Shown: positions 8,329 through 15,322, numbered from the stretch's first letter. The stretch: 32,000 nucleotides of DNA from Trichlorobacter lovleyi SZ (GCF_000020385.1 NC_010814.1:2850001-2882000), one strand, 5' to 3'. Program-made: numbers and translations. The notes: generated by a model from the sequence alone, not told the origin.

Positions 8329-8871
8329 ATGCGAAAATTGAAACTGAGCAAGGCCTTTACCCTGATAGAAGCCGGCCCTGTTGTCCTCGTGACGACTCAT
8401 GATGGCCAGAAGGACAACATCATGACCATCTCCTGGACGATGGTGCTGGATTTCACCCCGCTATTTGCCATTGCCACGGGTGCATGGAATCACTCCTTTA
8501 TGGCGCTGCAACAGACCAGGGAGTGTGTCATTGCGATCCCCACGGTTGATCTGCTCGATACGGTGGTCGGCATAGGGACATGCTCCGGAGCGGACACCGA
8601 CAAGTTTGCCAGGTTTGGGCTTACGCCTGTACAGGGCAACATCGTCAGGCCGCCCCTGATCAAGGAGTGCCTCGCCAACATAGAGTGCAAGGTGATCGAC
8701 ATGATTAAGAAGCACAACATCGTCGTGTTAGAGGGTGTTGCCGCGTACCTCGATACAGCACACAAGGAAAAGCGCACGGTTCACGCTGTTGGCGACGGAA
8801 CCTTCATTGTCGACGGGCATACGGTTGACCGCAGGGAGATGATGGCCTTCAAGATTCCGTCCGGTTCTTAG
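8329..8871 (+). CDS. Flavin reductase-like FMN-binding split-barrel protein
   Basis: I start at the internal ATG at 8329, which has an AAGGAACAGG purine tract upstream. The sequence LIEAGPVVLVTTHDGQKDNIMTISW...ECVIAIP matches the flavin reductase domain pattern. The upstream 55 codons of the track ORF look non-coding. Confidence 0.75.
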   Translation: MRKLKLSKAFTLIEAGPVVLVTTHDGQKDNIMTISWTMVLDFTPLFAIATGAWNHSFMALQQTRECVIAIPTVDLLDTVVGIGTCSGADTDKFARFGLTPVQGNIVRPPLIKECLANIECKVIDMIKKHNIVVLEGVAAYLDTAHKEKRTVHAVGDGTFIVDGHTVDRREMMAFKIPSGS

Positions 8872-8886
8872 CGTTCATTGCCCTCA

Positions 8887-8928
8887 AACGGGGACAGGCT
8901 GCTTTTAAAAAAGCTGCCTGTCCCCGTT
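8887..8928. terminator. Strong hairpin downstream of the flavin reductase gene
   Basis: AACGGGGACAGGCTGCTTTT / AAAAGCTGCCTGTCCCCGTT forms a roughly 16-bp stem with one mismatch and a T4A6 loop. No clean U-tract follows on the + strand. Confidence 0.5.
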
Positions 8929-8952
8929 ATTACCAACCAGGAAGATACACCG

Positions 8953-8987
8953 GCCTGACAGCCGGTGACCTCCCGGCCCCGTTAGGC
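8953..8987. repeat. 35-bp hairpin element E1 with attC-like core ends
   Basis: GCCTGAC-A-GCCGG-TGACCTC-CCGGC-CCC-GTTAGGC. An alternative stem, CACCGGC/GCCGGTG (8948-8967), competes for the same GCCGG. E1 shares CGGCCCCGTTA with E2. Confidence 0.6.
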
Positions 8988-9047
8988 CGACGCTCCGCGC
9001 GGGGGTGTTAAGGATGTGCTGTAAGTGCTTTTCAATGGAGAAAACCA

Positions 9048-9653
9048 ATGCGCAATATTGTAAATGCTGACGACATTAACACATTATGCAACAAACATCT
9101 TATATTTAGAATAATCAATGATAAATACGGCATTCCTCCTAATTGGATGAGAGAACCAGGATTCATTTCTTTAAGTAGAATAATCCTAGAGCAGCAGGTA
9201 AGTATTGAATCAGCGAAAGCACATTTTGAAAAGATTAATTCATATATACCAGAATTCACTCCCAACGAAATTATTAAATTATCAGATCAGGAAATGAGAG
9301 ATTGCCAAATAAGTAGACAAAAAGCAAAGTATCTACGCTCTCTGTCAGAAGCAATATTAAAAAATGAATTGAATTTAGAAGTAATGGATACATTTAATGA
9401 TCATGAAATACGTGAAAAACTAACAAAAATAAATGGAATAGGAAATTGGACTGTAGATATATATTTGATGTTTTGTCTGCAGCGAAAAGATGTTTTTCCC
9501 TCAGGAGATATTGCGGTTATTAATGCAGCCATGGAATTATTAGAATATGAAACGAAAGATGAAGTGTTAAATGAAAGCAAAAAATGGGCTCCTTTGCGAT
9601 CTCTTGCTGCTTATTTCTTATGGCATTATTATTTGAAAAAGAGAAATAGATAG
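9048..9653 (+). CDS. HhH-GPD superfamily DNA glycosylase (AlkA/3-methyladenine glycosylase II-like), horizontally acquired
   Basis: 201 aa. It has the helix-hairpin-helix plus Gly-rich loop LTKINGIGNWTVDIYLMF and the catalytic Asp context VFPSGDIAV. GC is very low (about 30% by eye) against a 55-60% background. A GGAGAAAA Shine-Dalgarno is present. Confidence 0.8.
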   Translation: MRNIVNADDINTLCNKHLIFRIINDKYGIPPNWMREPGFISLSRIILEQQVSIESAKAHFEKINSYIPEFTPNEIIKLSDQEMRDCQISRQKAKYLRSLSEAILKNELNLEVMDTFNDHEIREKLTKINGIGNWTVDIYLMFCLQRKDVFPSGDIAVINAAMELLEYETKDEVLNESKKWAPLRSLAAYFLWHYYLKKRNR

Positions 9654-9761
9654 GGGGAAAGGCCTAACAATCGCTTCAACTTTACAATGGCGATTTGGTG
9701 CGCTGACTCGTGCCGCAGAACATCAACCTGGAGCTGGGCCTCAGCAGCGGCGCATAAATGC

Positions 9762-9799
9762 GCCTAACTTCGGCCGCCCAGCTCGCGGCCCCGTTACCA
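9762..9799. repeat. 38-bp hairpin element E2 with attC-like core ends
   Basis: GCCTAAC-TTC-GGCCGC-CCAGCTC-GCGGCC-CC-GTTACCA, the same architecture as E1. It is nested in a longer stem, GAGCTGGGC (9731-9739) / GCCCAGCTC (9776-9784), with an inner palindrome GCGCATAAATGCGC. Confidence 0.6.
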
Positions 9800-9895
9800 G
9801 AAAAAACAGAGGCAAGAATCTTGCTTTCCGAACAATATCCCGATAGCTTCGGATTCGGAAGTTTCCGACAGAATTTTGCTAAATCATGAAAGGTT

Positions 9896-9924
9896 TGGGG
9901 GGGTACCAGCAGGGTCTGGCTTGA
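9896..9924 (+). repeat. 29-bp direct repeat, copy A (contains a G7 tract)
   Basis: TGGGGGGGTACCAGCAGGGTCTGGCTTGA matches 12436-12464 at 27/29 positions in the same orientation. Confidence 0.85.
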
Positions 9925-9993
9925 TTTACTGCTATTTGCGGCAAGAAAGGTTAGCCTAACCTCACAGGTTATCTCAAAAGGAAAATATCATTA

Positions 9994-11054
9994 CCTGATT
10001 AGCGCCAATCTTCCGCAGATTGGCAAAACGACATATTTGGTCACTACAGCATGTTAAGATTCATGGCAACTTATGCGGAGGTGGTTGCCATGAAAATGAA
10101 TCTGATACAGTTTCAGCCAGGACTTAGTCTGAACAAGTTCCTTGAGTTGTACGGCTCTCAGGAACAATGTGAGACGGTTGTAGAGTCAGCCCGTTGGCCC
10201 GGCGGTTTTACCTGTTCCAAATGTGGTAATACTCACCACTTCACCTATCGGCGTGGTGTTTCAGTCAAGGTGTTCCAGTGCAGTTCCTGTAGAACCCAGA
10301 CTACCCTTACTGAGGGGACGCTCTTTCACTCAACAAAGTTACCGCTGACGATCTGGTTCCAGGCCATGTTCTTTCTGACACAGAGCAAGAATAATGTATC
10401 GATCCTGGAACTCCGACGTCTGGCTGGTATCAGCTATCGTGCTGCCTGGCGCATCAAGCACAAAATAATGCAGGCCATGTTTGAACGTGAGCAAACAACC
10501 GTATTATCAGACCGCGTTGAGGTAGATGATGCCTACCTCGGCGGTGAACTACCCGGTGGCAAGGTTGGCCGCGGCTCTGAAAACAAGGTGCCGTTTATTG
10601 CTGCTGTACAGACCAACAACCAAGGCCATCCACTCTATGCGGTATTCAGTACGGTAAAGAGCTTCTGCAAGGAAGAAGTCGAAATATGGGCCAAAAGTTT
10701 CCTTGCACCATCAGCTTTAATCGTATCCGATGGCCTCTGGTGTTTCCAGGCAGTTGAGGCTGCCGGATGTGTTCATCAGCGTGAGGTCGTTGGTAAAGAC
10801 AGAAAAAGTACCAGCATGAAATGCTTCAGCTGGATCAATACGGTTCTCGGCAATCTGAAAAACTCTATAACTGGCACCTACCATGCCTTTGACTTTGAGA
10901 AATATGCCTATCGCTACCTTGGCGAGTTTCAATATCGTTTCAACCGCCGCTTTGATCTGGCTGGCATGCTAAAGCGACTCGTGGCGGCAGCGGTCAAAAC
11001 AAAGAAGCTGCCGGAAGCAAAACTTCGCCAAGCGGAAGATTGGCGCTAATCAGG
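9994..11054 (+). mobile_element. Intact IS1595-family insertion sequence (1061 bp)
   Basis: The 23-bp terminal inverted repeats are perfect: CCTGATTAGCGCCAATCTTCCGC at 9994-10016, and its reverse complement at 11032-11054. They are flanked by an 8-bp target-site duplication, TATCATTA (9986-9993 and 11055-11062). There is a single transposase ORF whose stop lies inside the right inverted repeat. Confidence 0.92.
10090..11049 (+). CDS. IS1595-family (ISXO2-like) DDE transposase with an N-terminal zinc ribbon
   Basis: The sequence shows CETVVESARWPGGFTCSKCGN...FQCSSC (zinc ribbon), RLAGISYRAAWRIKHKIMQAM (helix-turn-helix) and VEVDDAYLGG...VSDGLWCF (DDE region). I start at the ATG at 10090, 8 nt after a GGAGG; the track ORF starts at 10051. 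Confidence 0.9.
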   Translation: MKMNLIQFQPGLSLNKFLELYGSQEQCETVVESARWPGGFTCSKCGNTHHFTYRRGVSVKVFQCSSCRTQTTLTEGTLFHSTKLPLTIWFQAMFFLTQSKNNVSILELRRLAGISYRAAWRIKHKIMQAMFEREQTTVLSDRVEVDDAYLGGELPGGKVGRGSENKVPFIAAVQTNNQGHPLYAVFSTVKSFCKEEVEIWAKSFLAPSALIVSDGLWCFQAVEAAGCVHQREVVGKDRKSTSMKCFSWINTVLGNLKNSITGTYHAFDFEKYAYRYLGEFQYRFNRRFDLAGMLKRLVAAAVKTKKLPEAKLRQAEDWR

Positions 11055-11061
11055 TATCATT

Positions 11062-12360
11062 ATGACAAAAATAATCATTTTAGTAACGATCATCACAATT
11101 GGCCTTCTGCCATGCAATGCCTCCGCGCAGCAGCATAAATGGGATTACGTGCTTCATGAAGCAAAGCGCGGGGATATAACGCTAGCCACAAAATATTACA
11201 AAGTGAATGTATGGAGCGTTAAAACATCGACAGCGGTGCCAAGAAGCCATGCCAACTGGACGGTGTCAAATTTTTCCGCGCCGCTTGATCCAAGCCTGAA
11301 GAAGATTGACTTCGGGAAAAATGAAGACCGCTATCTCATGTTTACTCAGGAATGGAATGATCAGAAATATCCCGGCGGACTAAAAGGCCTCACTGGTTCT
11401 CCCGAGTTGAGGGCAAGGACACTGCGCATGGTTTTAAACCTCTATGAGGACAACGGCACCTTTGTCAAAACAGTATCCCACTATGGTACGATACTTGGAT
11501 ATTCTGACCAAGGATTTGTCTATCTCCCCGAAGGGAAAAAGCCCCTTTTCTTTACCGGTGAATTCTTTACTGCGGGTGATTCGTTGACCTATTGGGTTTC
11601 CAAAACGAATAAGATGACTGATGCCTGGCTTTACGGCAGCATCATGGAATTGGAAAGGAATTTTTTTTCTAAGGACATCGCGAGAATTCTTGAGAATGTA
11701 AAAGCCGATGTCAAAAAAGAAGAAGAACGTGCTGCGCAATACGCAAAACCTGTTCCAGTCTATTCCGGAGCGAAAGCTGAGCTGCTGCAGAAGATCAGGA
11801 ATAACTCTACATTTCTTGCGCAGAAATTCACTGCAAAGATGGCATGGAATAGCGGGAGACACCCGTCTGGAATGTGGCCGAAAAAGGGTAAATCCTGGAA
11901 TTTGATAAATATTGCCAGATGTCTCGACATCGGCACAGGGAGGCCTGTAGATTGGGGGCCACATGGTGACAGATACCTTCAGTTTGACGTGGATTTTTAT
12001 CCGAAAATGGCACCCGGTTCACTGAAAGACGATATGTTCGGCAGTAATGAAAGCTTTACCCTGGCGCTGCGTCTCTATGAAAAAGATGGTACGTATGTCC
12101 GTACCGTATCCAAGTCCGGCGCTTTTATGGGATTTGCCCAGGGATTTTTCTATTACAATCAGGAAAATACCTATGGAACCCTGTTTACTAATCAAACAAT
12201 TCCTGTACAGAAATTTGCTGATTGGGATCTGAATGTCCCCAATGTTGCACCTGTTATCTCTTATTCACCCTGGGCGCCATGGGGAAGGCAGCTTACCTAT
12301 ACGCCGAATAACGGAATGATTCGATTATTCCTTTCAGATATTCTTAACCGAACGCTGTAG
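11062..12360 (+). CDS. Exported protein of unknown function with an internal tandem domain duplication
   Basis: 432 aa. The signal peptide is MTKIIILVTIITIGLLPCNASA|QQ. Two homologous modules of about 130 aa are visible: GKNEDRYLMF...LRMVLNLYEDNGTFVKTVSHYGTILGYSDQGFVY and GPHGDRYLQF...LALRLYEKDGTYVRTVSKSGAFMGFAQGFFYY. GC is about 40%. I recognised no family. Confidence 0.7.
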   Translation: MTKIIILVTIITIGLLPCNASAQQHKWDYVLHEAKRGDITLATKYYKVNVWSVKTSTAVPRSHANWTVSNFSAPLDPSLKKIDFGKNEDRYLMFTQEWNDQKYPGGLKGLTGSPELRARTLRMVLNLYEDNGTFVKTVSHYGTILGYSDQGFVYLPEGKKPLFFTGEFFTAGDSLTYWVSKTNKMTDAWLYGSIMELERNFFSKDIARILENVKADVKKEEERAAQYAKPVPVYSGAKAELLQKIRNNSTFLAQKFTAKMAWNSGRHPSGMWPKKGKSWNLINIARCLDIGTGRPVDWGPHGDRYLQFDVDFYPKMAPGSLKDDMFGSNESFTLALRLYEKDGTYVRTVSKSGAFMGFAQGFFYYNQENTYGTLFTNQTIPVQKFADWDLNVPNVAPVISYSPWAPWGRQLTYTPNNGMIRLFLSDILNRTL

Positions 12361-12368
12361 GCGATACC

Positions 12369-12404
12369 ATAGAGAACAGCAACCATTCAGCTGCTGTTCT
12401 CTAT
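12369..12404 (+). terminator. Hairpin just downstream of the 432-aa gene
   Basis: ATAGAGAACAGCA / TGCTGTTCTCTAT forms a 13-bp perfect stem starting 9 nt after the stop. It lacks a U-tract. Confidence 0.45.
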
Positions 12405-12435
12405 TGATCAAAAAGAGTCGCTTCTTCACGAGTGA

Positions 12436-12464
12436 TGGGGGGGCACCAGCAGGGTCAGGCTTGA
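12436..12464 (+). repeat. 29-bp direct repeat, copy B (contains a G7 tract)
   Basis: TGGGGGGGCACCAGCAGGGTCAGGCTTGA matches copy A at 27/29 positions. Confidence 0.85.
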
Positions 12465-12874
12465 AAAGTTAGTTCTTGTGCAAAAAATGATATTTTAAAA
12501 CCTACCCCCGTAAACTTCCCGTGCTGGATCCAAATACAGGGGACTTACACCCCCATAAATTCACGCCCATGACGGGCGTACACCAGCGGCAAGACCGGCC
12601 GATGGCCGGTCAACCTTATTACGTTGGGAAAAAAATGAAGATGGCCGAAATAGAGAAATGGCTATGCGTGATAGTCATGATCACCACCGCCAGCACTATG
12701 TAGACGGTAATAAGGGCTGAAAAGAAAAAAAACAAATCGAGCTTTGCCAAACAAGGAAGTTAGATCGCAAGAAGATAGAGGGGACACACGCTATTGCCTG
12801 CGTGTGGGAAATGTTACATCGGTGAAAACAGTCGCTTTGCTTCGGCAATGCATCAACTCAATTTGGAGGAATAC

Positions 12875-14359
12875 ATGAAGTTATCTTTGGTCGATACTAT
12901 TAAAAGTCTGTTCCTCCCCATTGTCATTTGTGCGCTATTTACCGGATGCAGTTCCTCCCAATCTCCGGCGCCCAATCCATCCCCGCTGCTCGCGAGCGAC
13001 ATCAATCTGATATTCGTAGTCAGTGAAGACCTGGATCATTCCGGGCAAGGTGATGTCAACCCGATTACCGCCACCCTCACCGATCAAGGATTACAGCGGT
13101 CGCTGGCCATGGCTACTTTTTTGCAAAAATCGGTATTAGGAGGGAACAACGTCACTGCGATTTACGCTCTTGAGCCGACAACGCATCTGCAAACCGCAAA
13201 CAATTATCCGGATATGAATGCGCTGATGGCTGTCCAACAGTTCGCGCTGCTTAACCGGATCACGCTGTCGAGCGACCTAACCGGCACTTCTCCATATACC
13301 GGCCAGAATTATCCGATCAATGTCTCGTATGCTCCCGGCGCAGTGCCCAGCGGAGTTGCAGTGCCAGCGCAATTTTACCCGACCTGCCAAGGTCTTGATT
13401 ATAGTGATACCAACGGCAACAATGGGACCTTGGTCAATGGCATTATCAGCAAAGGAACTCCTGGTTTCTACGTCTTTTCTGCACCGTGGAAAACAATCAG
13501 CAGTATGCTTGCGAAGTTGAATACTGCTCACAATTATAATCTGCCGGTTCCGGCCAACTATGCAGGCCCAAACCATATTTATGCGGTTCCGATCACGCCC
13601 GGCACTACTGGAGCGCCGCGCCTGCTCACCTACAACAGCCAGGTTATACCGGCCGCGACGTACCCGAAACTGGATCCGGCAGCATTCGTGAGTGCAGCAT
13701 GCTCAACACCGACACCAGCCAGTATAACCGTAACAGGTGGCGTTGGCGGTGCTGTGATCCCGGCAAATATAAACAAGAATGAGACGATCTACCTTGTGCG
13801 GCACGCAGAAGCACACCCGCATGGGTATTGGTCTGATAACAATTACGTAGGCGCCGGCCAATGGCGGGCTTTAAATCTCCCGTATGCGCTACTTGGCAAG
13901 ATTGCTCCGGATCAAGTATGGTCACTGGACCCAGCTCAGTCAAGTACCGGCACGGTAAGCGCCACAGGCCAGTCCCAGTGGTCGAGTGTTGCACCAGCCC
14001 TGACGGTGCAGCCGTATGCGATCGCAAACGGCCTCCCGTTTAACTTGGTATCGTCTATTGACACAAGTTTATCGTCAGCGCCGGCGAGCCTCAGTAATTT
14101 TTTCTTTACGGGCAATACGTTTTCGAACCACAAGTTACTCGTCGGCTGGATGTACACCCAGAACCCGATGATAGTTAATGCACTGCTCTCAAGCTATTTT
14201 CCGAACGGCGGTGCACCGACAGCTCCGGCGTGGTCTCCGTTTGATTACGATTCTCTGTGGGTTATCAAGATAGATGCTGCCGGAAACCTGATGGTGGATT
14301 TCTCGCAATGCGAAGGCATGCGTTCTTCTGCTTTACCTGAGATGCCGCCGATATTCTGA
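12875..14359 (+). CDS. Lipoprotein with two histidine-phosphatase (SixA/PGAM)-like halves
   Basis: I start at the ATG at 12875, 7 nt after a GGAGGA. The signal peptide and lipobox read MKLSLVDTIKSLFLPIVICALFTG|C. The C-terminal half carries an RHG-type motif (IYLVRHAEAHPHG). The N-terminal half aligns with it (INLIFVVSEDLDHSG...LTDQGLQRSLAMATFL) but lacks the Arg-His. Confidence 0.6.
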   Translation: MKLSLVDTIKSLFLPIVICALFTGCSSSQSPAPNPSPLLASDINLIFVVSEDLDHSGQGDVNPITATLTDQGLQRSLAMATFLQKSVLGGNNVTAIYALEPTTHLQTANNYPDMNALMAVQQFALLNRITLSSDLTGTSPYTGQNYPINVSYAPGAVPSGVAVPAQFYPTCQGLDYSDTNGNNGTLVNGIISKGTPGFYVFSAPWKTISSMLAKLNTAHNYNLPVPANYAGPNHIYAVPITPGTTGAPRLLTYNSQVIPAATYPKLDPAAFVSAACSTPTPASITVTGGVGGAVIPANINKNETIYLVRHAEAHPHGYWSDNNYVGAGQWRALNLPYALLGKIAPDQVWSLDPAQSSTGTVSATGQSQWSSVAPALTVQPYAIANGLPFNLVSSIDTSLSSAPASLSNFFFTGNTFSNHKLLVGWMYTQNPMIVNALLSSYFPNGGAPTAPAWSPFDYDSLWVIKIDAAGNLMVDFSQCEGMRSSALPEMPPIF

Positions 14360-14504
14360 CGCTCTCAATGTTTGCGGGAGTCAGGCAACACATGGCCAGG
14401 ATTTGACCTGTGCAGCTGATTGCCGTTCCGTGACAACGTCCCTGGTTGTCTCGAACAGCAATAAAAGCGATACTCCTGCAAAGAGAAGACAATCGGGCGC
14501 CCCG

Positions 14505-14535
14505 TTCGTAGCAGTTCTTGATGTTCTGCTACGAA
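14505..14535 (+). terminator. Hairpin downstream of the lipoprotein gene, near the right edge of the island
   Basis: TTCGTAGCAG-N11-CTGCTACGAA forms a 10-bp perfect stem. It has no U-tract and is preceded by CGCCCCGTT. Confidence 0.35.
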
Positions 14536-14587
14536 ATCACCAGTTAAACTTTTTACGAACAATCAGTTCGTTCAGGACCACAAAACT

Positions 14588-15322
14588 GTGACAAAAAAAA
14601 CTGACGCCCTCTATGCGGCCCCCCTCCATGATATCATCGATTTCCAGTTTGACGAACGGGTCGTTGCGGTGTTTCCCGACATGATCCAACGCTCGGTGCC
14701 GGGCTATGGCATGATCATAGCCAATATCGGCGTCATTGCCGCCAGGTACGCCCAGCCCGGCAGCCACTGCTATGATCTGGGCTGTTCCCTTGGGGCGGCA
14801 ACTCTGGCCATGCGCCAGCGGATCACCGCGCCGGACTGCGACATTATTGCGGTGGATAACTCCCCGGCAATGATTGAGCGTGCCCGAGAGCTGCTGTCCC
14901 TTGACACCGGACTATACATTCCGGTGACGCTGCTCTGCAGCGATCTGCAGGAGGTAACGATTGAGAACGCCTCAGTGGTGGTGCTTAACTTCACCCTGCA
15001 GTTCATCCCCCCGCCGCAGCGGCTGGCTCTGATGCAGCGGATCTATGCCGGACTCAATCCGGGCGGCATTCTGATCCTCTCGGAGAAGATCGCATTCAGC
15101 AAGCCGGAGCAGCAGCAGTTGCACATTGAACTGCACCATGATTTTAAACGGGCCAATGGCTACAGTGACCTGGAGATCAGCCAGAAGCGGTCAGCCCTGG
15201 AAAACGTGATGATCCCGGAGACCGTTGCGGTGCATCAAAAACGGCTGCAGACTGCCGGTTTCAGCTGCGCTGAGCTGTGGTTCCAGTGCTTTAACTTCGC
15301 CTCTCTGGTTGCCATAAAATGA
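14588..15322 (+). CDS. cmoA: Carboxy-S-adenosyl-L-methionine synthase
   Basis: 244 aa with a GTG start. [21 protein letters not shown] and the SAM-binding [12 protein letters not shown] motif are present, along with the end of the protein ...[10 protein letters not shown]. An ATGA overlap links it to cmoB. Confidence 0.92.
   Translation: MTKKTDALYAAPLHDIIDFQFDERVVAVFPDMIQRSVPGYGMIIANIGVIAARYAQPGSHCYDLGCSLGAATLAMRQRITAPDCDIIAVDNSPAMIERARELLSLDTGLYIPVTLLCSDLQEVTIENASVVVLNFTLQFIPPPQRLALMQRIYAGLNPGGILILSEKIAFSKPEQQQLHIELHHDFKRANGYSDLEISQKRSALENVMIPETVAVHQKRLQTAGFSCAELWFQCFNFASLVAIK

Noticed and set aside
9687-9767. 26-codon ORF (MAIWCADSCRRTSTWSWASAAAHKCA) in the spacer after the glycosylase gene, and a 19-codon minus-strand ORF at about 12620-12679
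   Set aside because: They are too short, lack Shine-Dalgarno sequences, and overlap the palindromic or hairpin sequences that probably account for the open frames.
9747-9775. A Xer/dif-like site (GCGGCGCATAA-ATGCGC-CTAACTTCGGC)
   Set aside because: The left arm resembles the XerC arm of dif (GGTGCGCATAA, 9/11). The right arm has no similarity to the normally better-conserved XerD arm (TTATGTTAAAT).
9662-9799. A canonical full-length integron attC (about 137 bp, from GCCTAAC at 9662 to GTTACCA at 9793)
   Set aside because: The bases following the first GCCTAAC (AATCGCTTCAAC) have no complementary partner before the terminal GTT box, so the long version does not fold as R''-L''/L'-R'. No intI is in the window. 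I report only the shorter E1/E2 hairpins, as attC-like and not as attC.
9896-9924. The 29-bp repeat as a tRNA 3' fragment (a classic island att site)
   Set aside because: The reverse complement contains TTCAAGCC, but the flanking bases cannot form a T-arm or acceptor stem, and no CCA-proximal acceptor sequence is present.
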